Shown piece after piece: positions 8,119 to 17,203 of a stretch of DNA of 32,158 nucleotides. Origin of the DNA: a bacterium (GTDB lineage: Bacteria > CLD3 > SB21); contig JABWCP010000007.1 in the NCBI GenBank assembly GCA_013360215.1, positions 124,001 to 156,158 of the forward strand, in the 5' to 3' direction. The notes under the pieces are model-generated. The model saw nothing but the letters and a program-made list of their open reading frames with translations, was not told the DNA's origin and did no database searches. A program made the translations under genes and the position numbers. The first letter of the stretch is position 1. The number at the start of each line of letters is the position of its first letter.

Positions 8119-10650
8119 TTAGTTAAAAACGGCAGCCCGCTGGATCAACGCATCCAATCCGTCTTCCGAAAGATTGAGCGGTAATCCGGGGTGAATACAT
8201 TTAGCCGGACATTTCTCAGCCGCTTGCACGATATGCAAATAACTTCCGGCACGGGCGTCGCCGATATACGCTTGTTTAGCGCTGTTATACTTAAAAATAT
8301 TCGGATTCAGGTTGATGCATTCATTACAACTTGTACAACGTATCGTTTCAAGCCAAGCTTCGTTGGATATGACCGGTTCTTCCTCCACCGGTGCAGAAAC
8401 CGTCGGTGTATCGGACACCGTAGCCGATGTTTCAGCTTTGGACACACTTAAAGAGGGTACGGATGAAGGCGTGTTGTGCACAGGCAAAGTATCCAGATCC
8501 AACAGCACCGCTGATAATTTTTCCATCGCACTGCGCGCGGTTTCTTCACGCACTTTTTCAATTTCACTTTGATGAAGCGCATGCAGCGCGTCCAGTGCCC
8601 GTTCTTTTTCAGCCGTCATTTCAGTTCGGGTTTTTGCAATCGCCCGCGCAACGTGATAACTGTTGATGCCGCCGAATTCCTGAATAAAATGCCATGCATC
8701 CAGACGATCCTGCGCCATCAATACGAGCGCATGATCAACCGCCGTTTTGTGTAAAATCCCGTCTTTATCGGCGGTCCACACATAAGGGATTTTGGTATAT
8801 GCTTCCGATGGAGGCAGCGCGAGATAATCCGCGAGTAAAACAAGATCCGGTGTCCAGTGCGAAGGCGGCACATCCATGAAGTGATGCGTCATCGTGTCAT
8901 CCAACACAAGATGATCGGCAAACGTGAAAGGCAATCGCAGCAAGGTTTCGGTTTTATCATATTGCGTGGCGGTCAATTCATACACCGGCCAGTCGCTGTC
9001 AGCTTGGGGATTGGCTTCCACACTAAATCGGCTGCCCCATTGAACGCCGCGTTGCGGATCGTAGGAATATTCGGGGAAAGCGCGGCTTTCTAATGCGGAA
9101 CCCGATGCCAGCAGTGCGTGTTCCGATACCGGTGCCAACATATAAAACAACGATGGTGCCGATTGAGACAATCCGGTGCGGATACCGTGAAACACTTGCT
9201 CGGGATGAACCATCGCGGCCTGATACACATACGCCTGGCGATGTGCGACCGCCATCGCGGCCAGATCATGAGCAAATGAGATAACACCTGTCGGCGCCGC
9301 TTGGTCACTGTGGTATCGTGATTGCATGACAAAAAATTTGATCGGACGCCGCGAAGCTAAGGCTGTCGAAAAATCATGAAGATGGTCACGCAGGATTTCT
9401 TCATCCGAAGCTAAAACGACGACCGGCGCACACAAAGCCACCTCCTCATCGCTCAATGCACGCCAGTCAAATTTTTCAAAATACACATCGTGTACGTCGG
9501 CCTCATAACGATCTTGCGATTCAAGTTGCGCGATGCGTTTGGCACGAACCCACGAGGTCATCGTTTGCATGTACGCATCAAACTGCGCTTCGGCCAATCG
9601 CAGCGCCTCTGCACTGGGTGCTATGGATATCCGTGCGGAGGTCATGGTGTCGGTCCATGTCATACCGTAACGCGCTTCGATGTCCGGCGTGACGATAAGT
9701 AATGCCGATTCTTTGAAAACAGTATCAGGCTGGCTGAGTATCGCCAAAGCTTCAGTTATCCGCTTGCGGCGTGCCGGTGCCATCGGCAAGGTCGGTGATG
9801 CCGGCAAAACGCGTGATACCGCGGTAAAATCAACAAACGCACTGCCGTAACCATGATTGCGGGATGCGGCCGATGAATTTTTTGCTTCAGGATTTCTGTG
9901 GTCTTCGATGAGAATCATTTCTTGCAACCGCTGACGCAAAACAGCGGCGTCTTTGAGAAGCCGGGTACGTGCATCCGCGACACGATGACGGAGCGCCGAT
10001 GAAAGCAATGTAAGCGCCATAGCTTTCGAAAAATCATACAAGTGCCCGTCCTTGGGCAAATGATCTTTCAGATGCTTTGCGTCCGATAAAAAAGATTTTT
10101 CTGTTTCGCCTTTGAGATGCAATTGTTCGGTAAGTCGCGTGACCGCTGTTTCCCAGATCGCAGTACATGCTGCGGTGCCGCCGTTTTCACTCAGATATTG
10201 GCGAATCATTTGTTCTAACCGCAGCCGGTTGTCTTTGAGTATTTTGGCATCGTCCGCACCCGGTGCAAAGGATACTATCGCGTCCTCCAAAAGTTGATTT
10301 AGCGTGCGAACGGATTTCGCGTCATCCGATGAAACGGCAATCCAAACGGGATAATCAAACCGAATGCGATCGGTATCGCGGAATGGTAAGAGCAATGCCG
10401 GCAACCGGTTTTTGGCGATCGCGCCGGAGGCGTCACCGCGATAAAACGCACGGAGATTTTTCCAGAACAGTGACGTCTGCGAAGGGTCTGCCGCTTTGGA
10501 TTCCGGGATAAATGGTTTCGCCGCTTTTTCGGATTTTTGTTCCGCACGGGTATGGTCTTGCGTACCGTGCGTCGACGTGTTTCGCAACACGTGATCGAGA
10601 TGGGCAAACATAGGATCAGGGCTCGTCATGGGAGCTTCCTCATTTTTCAT
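8119..10650 (-). CDS. Large ferredoxin-domain protein with a degenerate PFOR C-terminal-like region
   Basis: C-terminal CTSCNECINLNP...AAEKCPAKCIHPG single-cluster ferredoxin. The central region parallels the C-terminal part of the 1260-aa ORF (FDWRALSDEEVALCAPVVVL...ALASRRPIKFFV; ALESRAFPEYSYDP; FTFADHL). An alternative start, ATG at 10629, has a GAGGAAG SD-like sequence upstream. Confidence 0.8.
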   Translation of the reverse strand: MKNEEAPMTSPDPMFAHLDHVLRNTSTHGTQDHTRAEQKSEKAAKPFIPESKAADPSQTSLFWKNLRAFYRGDASGAIAKNRLPALLLPFRDTDRIRFDYPVWIAVSSDDAKSVRTLNQLLEDAIVSFAPGADDAKILKDNRLRLEQMIRQYLSENGGTAACTAIWETAVTRLTEQLHLKGETEKSFLSDAKHLKDHLPKDGHLYDFSKAMALTLLSSALRHRVADARTRLLKDAAVLRQRLQEMILIEDHRNPEAKNSSAASRNHGYGSAFVDFTAVSRVLPASPTLPMAPARRKRITEALAILSQPDTVFKESALLIVTPDIEARYGMTWTDTMTSARISIAPSAEALRLAEAQFDAYMQTMTSWVRAKRIAQLESQDRYEADVHDVYFEKFDWRALSDEEVALCAPVVVLASDEEILRDHLHDFSTALASRRPIKFFVMQSRYHSDQAAPTGVISFAHDLAAMAVAHRQAYVYQAAMVHPEQVFHGIRTGLSQSAPSLFYMLAPVSEHALLASGSALESRAFPEYSYDPQRGVQWGSRFSVEANPQADSDWPVYELTATQYDKTETLLRLPFTFADHLVLDDTMTHHFMDVPPSHWTPDLVLLADYLALPPSEAYTKIPYVWTADKDGILHKTAVDHALVLMAQDRLDAWHFIQEFGGINSYHVARAIAKTRTEMTAEKERALDALHALHQSEIEKVREETARSAMEKLSAVLLDLDTLPVHNTPSSVPSLSVSKAETSATVSDTPTVSAPVEEEPVISNEAWLETIRCTSCNECINLNPNIFKYNSAKQAYIGDARAGSYLHIVQAAEKCPAKCIHPGLPLNLSEDGLDALIQRAAVFN

Positions 10651-10660
10651 AAAATTTCAA

Positions 10661-10679
10661 ACCGCAAATTTGTCTAATT
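10661..10679. repeat. 19-bp direct repeat, left copy (duplicated korB 3' end)
   Basis: ACCGCAAATTTGTCTAATT, identical to 14303-14321. On the minus strand it falls within ...IISRKLDKFAV*, compared with the korB end ...AIHKELDKFAV*. Confidence 0.9.
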
Positions 10680-10718
10680 TTCTGCTAATGATTTTTTCTT
10701 GTTGTTTAACACTTGAAT

Positions 10719-13415
10719 TTATTTTATGAGGGTCATTTTTTTTGACTGAACGAAATTACCAGCTTGTATTCTATAAATATAAATTCCGCTAGCAACCTGC
10801 ATACCTACATCATCTTTACCATCCCAAAAGGAATCATAATATCCTGCTTCAAGAAAGTGACCAAACACCGTACGCACCTCTTGCCCTTGCATATTATAAA
10901 TTTTAAGAGTCACGTTAGACGCCCCGGGTATTCCAAATGAAATAGTTGTCGAAGGGTTGAAAGGATTAGGATAATTTTGGTCTAATTCAAACTTTGAAGG
11001 AGTGAAGTTTACTTTTGTTTTTGATTTTGCTAAGCAAGGTAACGCGTTGGAGTTATTTGCAATAGCCAAAGGTTCATCGCATCCACCGCCGCCGCCTGAA
11101 CATACAGAAACTGGTGTGCTTGTTGAAATGGTTTGTGAGCCGCTGGACATGGTTAATGTCAAAGTAAAATCATAACTAACCTGTAAAGAAATAGATGCAC
11201 TTGTACCAAGAATAGCACCATTGCGAGTCCATTGATACGAATTCGTTCCAGTACCGCCGGAAACAACAGCCGAGAAACTCCCTATCTGACCTTTGTTTAC
11301 ACAGGAAGGGCCTTCGATATAAGTAGACAAAGGAAGGTAATACTCACCTGAGTATTCAACTTGTGGTCTTGAATTCCCCGCTGTATTAAACGCAACTACT
11401 ACATAACTTTGCTTACCAACTAGATAAGTACTGTCAGTCCAAGACGTCACATTTGTACCAACCGACCCGATTAAGCTGTAGCCATTTAGAGTACCATCCC
11501 ATACTGAATTTGTGGCTTTTCTATAAATACGAAACCCTTGTTCTTGATTCTCTATTATATCAAACCAATATATACCATAAGTATATTCGCTCGGGCAAGT
11601 ATTATCATTCCAACTCAAAGTACGCGAATTAGGAGAGCCTGATACTGATAGTGAAGTTGGGGTTGACGGGAGTGCAGAACCGGATTTCAGGATCAATGAA
11701 TTATATAATGCATTTATGGATGGGTGATACTTTGATTCCGTTGAATTAATTAGTGCATTCCTATATGCCTCAATGTGAGTGTCCCCAATTAATTGGCCTA
11801 AGACATTGTAACGACTGATAAATTTACTAATTAAAAACGCAGCAGACAATGATATATCATCATTATCCCCTGTGTAATTGGGTGCTCTTAGTCCATTACC
11901 ATCCCAAAGACTATAAAAAAAGCAAGCAACAGCGCCCTCGACTTTTTTATTGTTTCTATCTGGAAATAGTATTCCTTGAGAATAATCCATAAATTGATAA
12001 GTCGGTGACGGTCCTGCTTCTACATCGTAACTGCCCCGTTCAGGAAGTGATGGCTGTTCGACTGAATACCAGTACATGTGGGTGGCAGCAGCATAAAACT
12101 CAGCCCAGCCTTCATTCCAGGCTAATGTATTGTTTGTCTCTTTTGAGAACCAGTGTGAACTGGAATAATTGGCATCAGCTATAAAGCCGACACGGTCATA
12201 TTCTATAAAATGCCCATATTCATGATAAGCGGTTTCCGTCCTTGGCGATACATCAAAAACAATGCGCGGTGCATTGATGTTTTGACCGCCGCAATTTCCT
12301 GGTTGACAGAAAAACGCGCCATCAACATTCCTAAAGTAATAACGAACCTGATGTGGCGTATAATTTAACTGAGCTATGCTAAATTGGCGAGCTCTGTATA
12401 AATGACGAAGAGCGCTACCTTGTTTATCATTAGTTTCGAGATCACGAGCAGCAATGACCGACGTAGTCGCACCGGAGATGTCAATCTTGACAGAATTTGA
12501 AATAAGTGGTACCATTTTAGCGCCGTTTCCAAGATCGGCATCATAACCTGCTGCGTTCGCGTTGTTTGCGTAAACACGTATTCTTTGAGAATAGTAGTTG
12601 GCCGGCTGTGAACTTGCAAACGTAAAGCTGAAATAGTAGTAGCCATTGTTATCACTGATATCGTAGTCAACGTGCAGCGTGTTTCCTCCATAATATGGCG
12701 TATAACCGGTTGTTAGATTATCATCATAGTCCCAATCCAGATAGACTCCGACCGCTGGAATTCCTTTCATGCCATAAGGGTAATAAGGATGGTTGTATTT
12801 TATTTGCCCGGAAATCTGAACGGTGATATAATATGTTGATTCGGTCATCTCTTGGTTTTGAATTTTTTGACCAATACCTCCGTTTTTAAATGTGGTATCC
12901 ATTGGAATATACGAAGCAGTAGCTTTCTGTTCATTCTCAGACCTATTAACTTCTATAGGCCATTGGGTATACTTGATACTTGGCTTAGTATCATAATTTG
13001 TAACTTCGCCATTTAAGATTTCAATGTAGATTTCAAAACTCTGATATTCAGAGAGTCTATTTTTTTCAGATTCATCATTAGCCGGTTTGAAATGTAATTT
13101 GATTTGAAGGGTGAAATAGCCGTCCTCTGCAAAACTGAATTCCCATTTCTTAATAAATTGTTCAAATTTGTTTTTTCGACCTTCACTTGATTTCATGATG
13201 CCGCTTTTCAAAATAAAAGATTCAGGTATACTAAAATCGACGCCTACGTCACCGCTTGCTTCCATATTGAGCGACAGGTCAATCGAAGCTTGTTTTTTGT
13301 TATGAGAAAGTTTCAAATCGTTAAGTTTAAATGGGCTTTTAGTGTCTTCAGATGCGTAGGTTAGTTTGAATCCAAATAATGCAATAAGAAAAATTAATTT
13401 CATAATTCGGGACAT
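10719..13415 (-). CDS. Secreted putative zinc metallopeptidase (HEXXH) with FN3/Ig-like domains and C-terminal FlgD-Ig/T9SS-type sorting domain
   Basis: Signal peptide; AYHEYGHF followed by WNEGWAEFY (gluzincin-type third ligand); FN3-like PSTPTSLSV..LSWNDN..GFRIYRK..YVVVAFNTAGNS; C-terminal LDQNYPNPFNPSTTI..WDGKDD.G..VASGIYIYR..KKMTLIK; AAGGAG SD. Confidence 0.8.
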   Translation of the reverse strand: MSRIMKLIFLIALFGFKLTYASEDTKSPFKLNDLKLSHNKKQASIDLSLNMEASGDVGVDFSIPESFILKSGIMKSSEGRKNKFEQFIKKWEFSFAEDGYFTLQIKLHFKPANDESEKNRLSEYQSFEIYIEILNGEVTNYDTKPSIKYTQWPIEVNRSENEQKATASYIPMDTTFKNGGIGQKIQNQEMTESTYYITVQISGQIKYNHPYYPYGMKGIPAVGVYLDWDYDDNLTTGYTPYYGGNTLHVDYDISDNNGYYYFSFTFASSQPANYYSQRIRVYANNANAAGYDADLGNGAKMVPLISNSVKIDISGATTSVIAARDLETNDKQGSALRHLYRARQFSIAQLNYTPHQVRYYFRNVDGAFFCQPGNCGGQNINAPRIVFDVSPRTETAYHEYGHFIEYDRVGFIADANYSSSHWFSKETNNTLAWNEGWAEFYAAATHMYWYSVEQPSLPERGSYDVEAGPSPTYQFMDYSQGILFPDRNNKKVEGAVACFFYSLWDGNGLRAPNYTGDNDDISLSAAFLISKFISRYNVLGQLIGDTHIEAYRNALINSTESKYHPSINALYNSLILKSGSALPSTPTSLSVSGSPNSRTLSWNDNTCPSEYTYGIYWFDIIENQEQGFRIYRKATNSVWDGTLNGYSLIGSVGTNVTSWTDSTYLVGKQSYVVVAFNTAGNSRPQVEYSGEYYLPLSTYIEGPSCVNKGQIGSFSAVVSGGTGTNSYQWTRNGAILGTSASISLQVSYDFTLTLTMSSGSQTISTSTPVSVCSGGGGGCDEPLAIANNSNALPCLAKSKTKVNFTPSKFELDQNYPNPFNPSTTISFGIPGASNVTLKIYNMQGQEVRTVFGHFLEAGYYDSFWDGKDDVGMQVASGIYIYRIQAGNFVQSKKMTLIK

Positions 13416-13432
13416 AATGAATCTCCTTAATC

Positions 13433-13945
13433 CTATTTATATGGTTTAACAAGACAATCACTAGGCACTCCGTCATCGACAGGTCCAAACTTTGAACGGG
13501 TTTCCACCGAATTGACGAGATAGTATTGCAGACTGTCTATAACATACAGCGAATCCATTCGGAATAGAAAACATGCCAAGATTCGTAAATTGGTAGCATC
13601 GCCTAGGTCTATGATTTTCCACATCTGTTCATATACAGAATCCTTTTCAAAGACAACTTCTCCGTACGTAATATGACTTACAGAGTCGGAACCCAAAGTA
13701 TCTAAGAACGGGGAAGTAATAATAATACTTCCTGCTGAAAGCATAATTATTCCTTTTCCATCAAAAGCGGGCTTGATGCGCGTTTTAACTGTAATTGTGT
13801 CGCCAACTTTAATGCTATCGACATTGCAGTTTATTTGTAGGCTCCCGGTTTCAAACACACTAGGACCTGAATAGGGTTCCGGTTCATCTTTATGATTACA
13901 TGAAATAATCGCATAAGAAAATAAGAAAAGAATTAGCGTTTTCAT
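13433..13945 (-). CDS. Putative lipoprotein, unknown function
   Basis: MKTLILFLFSYAIISC lipoprotein-type signal, purine-rich SD, 17 bp from the next gene on the same strand. Confidence 0.75.
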   Translation of the reverse strand: MKTLILFLFSYAIISCNHKDEPEPYSGPSVFETGSLQINCNVDSIKVGDTITVKTRIKPAFDGKGIIMLSAGSIIITSPFLDTLGSDSVSHITYGEVVFEKDSVYEQMWKIIDLGDATNLRILACFLFRMDSLYVIDSLQYYLVNSVETRSKFGPVDDGVPSDCLVKPYK

Positions 13946-13957
13946 TTTCCCCCTTTT

Positions 13958-14218
13958 CTATTGGTTGATTGATTCGGTTTTTTTTGTATTACTCCATTTC
14001 ATATCTCGTTGTAGCGCTTTGGCCGAGGTTTGATTTTGCTCATTGGGAGGTACGTGATACCAATCTAAGTTCTCTACTCTTGCTGATTCAGCAGTGCTAT
14101 CTGGAAAGCCCCCACAATCCAAACAATCTTCTTCTGTACATGAGAAGTTTGGTGAAAATACGAACAAAAATGAAAGCAAAACAAAAAAACATAGCATAAA
14201 ACCTTTATACGTCATCAT
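13958..14218 (-). CDS. Small putative lipoprotein/exported Cys-containing protein
   Basis: Hydrophobic N-terminus then FSCTEEDCLDCGG; tightly packed (12 bp) and co-oriented with the 170-aa lipoprotein gene. Confidence 0.5.
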   Translation of the reverse strand: MMTYKGFMLCFFVLLSFLFVFSPNFSCTEEDCLDCGGFPDSTAESARVENLDWYHVPPNEQNQTSAKALQRDMKWSNTKKTESINQ

Positions 14219-14298
14219 AAAATTTACTCCAAATTTTCTTACGCTATTTATATCGAATCAAATATATTCTAACTGAAGAATTTGAAATAACATTTCAT

Positions 14299-15252
14299 TT
14301 ACACCGCAAATTTGTCTAATTCCTTGTGGATCGCGCGCATTTTGTCCTCCGGTGAAATGCCGAGATTGTGCGCACCGTAATCATCATACCGTTCGGCGTT
14401 CTTATTCTGATACAAAAGGCCGATCACTTCGCGGTCATGATTGCCCGCCAAAGTTCTGGCCTGATTGATATCCGACGGATCATGCTCGACCACGTTTTTA
14501 TATATTTTTGTGATCGCGGGGTCAACTTGAATTCCGTTTTTATGCGTCAAAAGTGTGATCGCATCGGGACTGCTCATGGTTGTCTGAAAAAGATCTTTTT
14601 GGAAAACCGGGCAACGTTGTAAAACGCGGATAAACGACAAACCGGGATGATTGTAACCGGCTTCGATCGTAGCGTACAGATGCGCCGGATTCCAATCTAC
14701 CGTCTGTGCGACGAAGGAAACATTGGAGACGCCGAGCGTGGTTTGTATCGGATTGATCGGAGGTAATTGCGATCCGCGCGGTGAGGTATTGGAAACTGTA
14801 CCTTTATTGGAAGTCGGTGAAGCTTGTCCTTTGGTCAATCCATAAATTTCGTTGTCCAGAAGCAGCACGGTGATATTCATATTATAGCGAATGGCGTGAA
14901 TCCAATGCGCCGTACCGATGGAGCAACAATCGCCGTCGCCGGTGGCGACAAACACATGCAGATCCGGACGGCGAAATTTGATACCATTGGCTACGGGAAG
15001 TGCACGGCCGTGCAAACCGTGAAATCCGTAGGTTTTCATATAATGCGGCAGACGGCTCGAACAGCCGATGCCGGACACAAATACTGTTTTTTCGGGCGGT
15101 AATTGTTTTTCGCTGCACAGTCTTTGTACAGCGGTCAAAATGCCGTGATCGCCGCATCCCGGACACCAGCGTGCCGTTGCGCTTTCATAGTCGGCTAACG
15201 TGTAATAATCCTCAGGTATATCGAGGACGCAATCGGATTTTAATCCAAACAC
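14299..15252 (-). CDS. korB: 2-oxoacid:ferredoxin oxidoreductase beta subunit (TPP-binding); substrate not determinable
   Basis: WCPGCGD, SGIGCSSR, HGLHGRALP, GDGD...LDNEIYGLTKGQASPT and QRCP motifs; GTG start with AAGGAG SD. Confidence 0.93.
   Translation of the reverse strand: MFGLKSDCVLDIPEDYYTLADYESATARWCPGCGDHGILTAVQRLCSEKQLPPEKTVFVSGIGCSSRLPHYMKTYGFHGLHGRALPVANGIKFRRPDLHVFVATGDGDCCSIGTAHWIHAIRYNMNITVLLLDNEIYGLTKGQASPTSNKGTVSNTSPRGSQLPPINPIQTTLGVSNVSFVAQTVDWNPAHLYATIEAGYNHPGLSFIRVLQRCPVFQKDLFQTTMSSPDAITLLTHKNGIQVDPAITKIYKNVVEHDPSDINQARTLAGNHDREVIGLLYQNKNAERYDDYGAHNLGISPEDKMRAIHKELDKFAV
14303..14321. repeat. 19-bp direct repeat, right copy (within the korB 3' end)
   Basis: ACCGCAAATTTGTCTAATT, identical to 10661-10679. 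Confidence 0.9.
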
Positions 15253-15295
15253 GGGAGTGCTCCTTTATATGATTTTATTATTATAGTTGACATGG

Positions 15296-17203
15296 TCAGG
15301 CCATAACCGGTTCGTCGTTTTCGACCAGGGATAATTCCTTTTTGATCATATCCAAGATCATGCCCGGACGTATCGGTTGGCCGTGCACATTGGAGAAACA
15401 ATCCACATCGGTCAATGTGTGAGCGCGCAAGTACCAGGCCAGTTGCGACATCCGGCGGTTTTCCGGCGTGATCAGCGGATCATTCAGATTATCCGAATAG
15501 TTGATTTCCACCGTCATGACTTTTTTGAACCGTTTGAAAATATCTTTGAGACCCGGTTCTATCGGCGAGAGGAAACGCAGATGCAGAGACGATACGCGAC
15601 CGCCCAATGCACGGGCACGATGGACGGCTTCTTCGATCGCACCGAGGGTCGAACCCCAGCCGACGATCAGCAGATCACCTTCGGGATCGCCGTTGACGAC
15701 CGGCGGTTTGAGTGATTGGAGAAATGCGGCCAGCTTACGGCTGCGCATATCGCAACCGACCTGATTGGTTGCCGCTTCGTACGCGACTTTGCTGCGCTGG
15801 TCATGAGCCAATCCGGTGAGAGTGTACATCCCGTTTTTCTGGCCGGGTATCGGGCGGCGGCTGAGGCCAGTTTCTTCATCCCAATCAAACGCCGGAACGC
15901 CTTCGCGCCACGGGCTTTGATCAATCGGCGGAGCAAACCATTCCTGATTGATTTGCGGACGCGGGTACGGCTGTACGCCGGTTGCGAGATTGGCATCGCT
16001 GAGCAAAATGACCGGCATGCGGAAAGCCTCCGCAAGACGCCGGGCGAGAATGACGAAGTGAAAACATTCTTCGATCGTTGCAGCGGCTAAAACTATTTTT
16101 GGGGCATCGCCGGGTTGGCCGTATAGCGCATAGAGTAAATCACCTTGTTCGACTTTGGTCGGTAAACCGGTCGAAGGTCCGCCGCGCTGGACATTGACGA
16201 TCACGAGGGGAACTTCCGCCATGACCGCAAGGCCGATGAATTCGGTTTTGAGCGCCATGCCGGGTCCGGAGGTGATCGTGATGGCCGTTTTACCGGCATA
16301 CGATGCGCCGATGGCAAAACCGATTGCGGCGATTTCATCTTCCGCTTGATGGATCAGCCCGCCCGCTGCTTCAAAACATTCAGCCAAATGATGCGATGCC
16401 GATGTCGCCGGGGTGATGGGATACATGGAACACAATTCGATGCCTGCGGCCAATGTGCCGAGACTGATCGCTTCATTACCATTCATCACGACAAATTGTT
16501 CATCGGTCGCCATCGCCGGTATGTCATATTGAAATTTGAGATTTTGTTCGGCCCAGGCGTATCCCGCACGGAACAGTTTGAGGTTGACGTCCACGACGTC
16601 TTGCTTTTTTTTGCGGAAAGTATGACGAATCTGATTTTCGGCTTTGGCCGTATCGCGCTGATAGATGCAGCACAACATGCCGAAAACCCACATGTTTTTG
16701 CCCTTGCGCGGATCAGCGATATGCTTCATGGATTCTTGTTCGATCGGTATCTCGATCACGTCATATCCGCGCGATTTCAGATCGTTGAGACCTTCGGTAT
16801 ATTCGTCCTGTATTTTTTTGACATCATGTTTGGCCCACTTGTTATCCAGAAGGATTTTTGTACCCGGGCGAAACGCTTTTTGATCAATGCGCCCATAAAG
16901 CACCTGTTCATTCAACGCAACGACCAGGTCGGCTTCGTCGCCCATATTGGTTATTTTTTTGGAGCCAATGCGGATACGAATACCCGACGCACCGGCTTTG
17001 GAACGTGCCGGCGGTTGGATTTCGGCGGGAATGATCTCGACGGTCCAAACCCCATTGCCCATTTTGGCGGACAGCATACCGAGCGATTGACCGGCCTTTT
17101 GTGCGCCTTCACCGGAATCGCTGACAATTTCTACAATATGTTCGTGAATTAAGGTTTTTTGGACTGAGGCATGATTTCCCCCGGAAGAAGTGGATTCTTT
17201 CAT
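15296..17203 (-). CDS. korA: 2-oxoacid:ferredoxin oxidoreductase alpha subunit (gamma-alpha fusion)
   Basis: SDSGEGAQ, IPAEI, GNEA, MYPITPATS, QAEDEIAA, TSGPGMALKTE, QRGGPSTGLPTKVEQGDL and GWGST motifs. Confidence 0.94.
   Translation of the reverse strand: MKESTSSGGNHASVQKTLIHEHIVEIVSDSGEGAQKAGQSLGMLSAKMGNGVWTVEIIPAEIQPPARSKAGASGIRIRIGSKKITNMGDEADLVVALNEQVLYGRIDQKAFRPGTKILLDNKWAKHDVKKIQDEYTEGLNDLKSRGYDVIEIPIEQESMKHIADPRKGKNMWVFGMLCCIYQRDTAKAENQIRHTFRKKKQDVVDVNLKLFRAGYAWAEQNLKFQYDIPAMATDEQFVVMNGNEAISLGTLAAGIELCSMYPITPATSASHHLAECFEAAGGLIHQAEDEIAAIGFAIGASYAGKTAITITSGPGMALKTEFIGLAVMAEVPLVIVNVQRGGPSTGLPTKVEQGDLLYALYGQPGDAPKIVLAAATIEECFHFVILARRLAEAFRMPVILLSDANLATGVQPYPRPQINQEWFAPPIDQSPWREGVPAFDWDEETGLSRRPIPGQKNGMYTLTGLAHDQRSKVAYEAATNQVGCDMRSRKLAAFLQSLKPPVVNGDPEGDLLIVGWGSTLGAIEEAVHRARALGGRVSSLHLRFLSPIEPGLKDIFKRFKKVMTVEINYSDNLNDPLITPENRRMSQLAWYLRAHTLTDVDCFSNVHGQPIRPGMILDMIKKELSLVENDEPVMA

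Larger units (their letters stand above)
10661..14321. mobile_element. AT-rich inserted islet (3 genes) interrupting the kor-rnf operon, flanked by 19-bp direct repeats; no integrase
   Basis: Visible shift to AT-rich composition, cargo unrelated to the flanking redox genes, and direct repeats at both borders. Confidence 0.7.

Noticed and set aside
220-10511. Numerous plus-strand ORFs (e.g. 2090-2719, 2761-3423, 4171-5001) and alternative-frame minus ORFs (e.g. 939-1622)
   Set aside because: They lie antisense or out of frame within well-supported rnf/PFOR-like genes and show no recognisable motifs; shadow ORFs.
10661-14321. Prophage/ICE or tRNA-targeted island
   Set aside because: No integrase, phage, conjugation or tRNA sequence is visible; only the direct repeat and composition shift are supported.
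15377-17152. Plus-strand ORFs including the 268-aa 16346-17152
   Set aside because: Antisense to korA; shadow ORFs.
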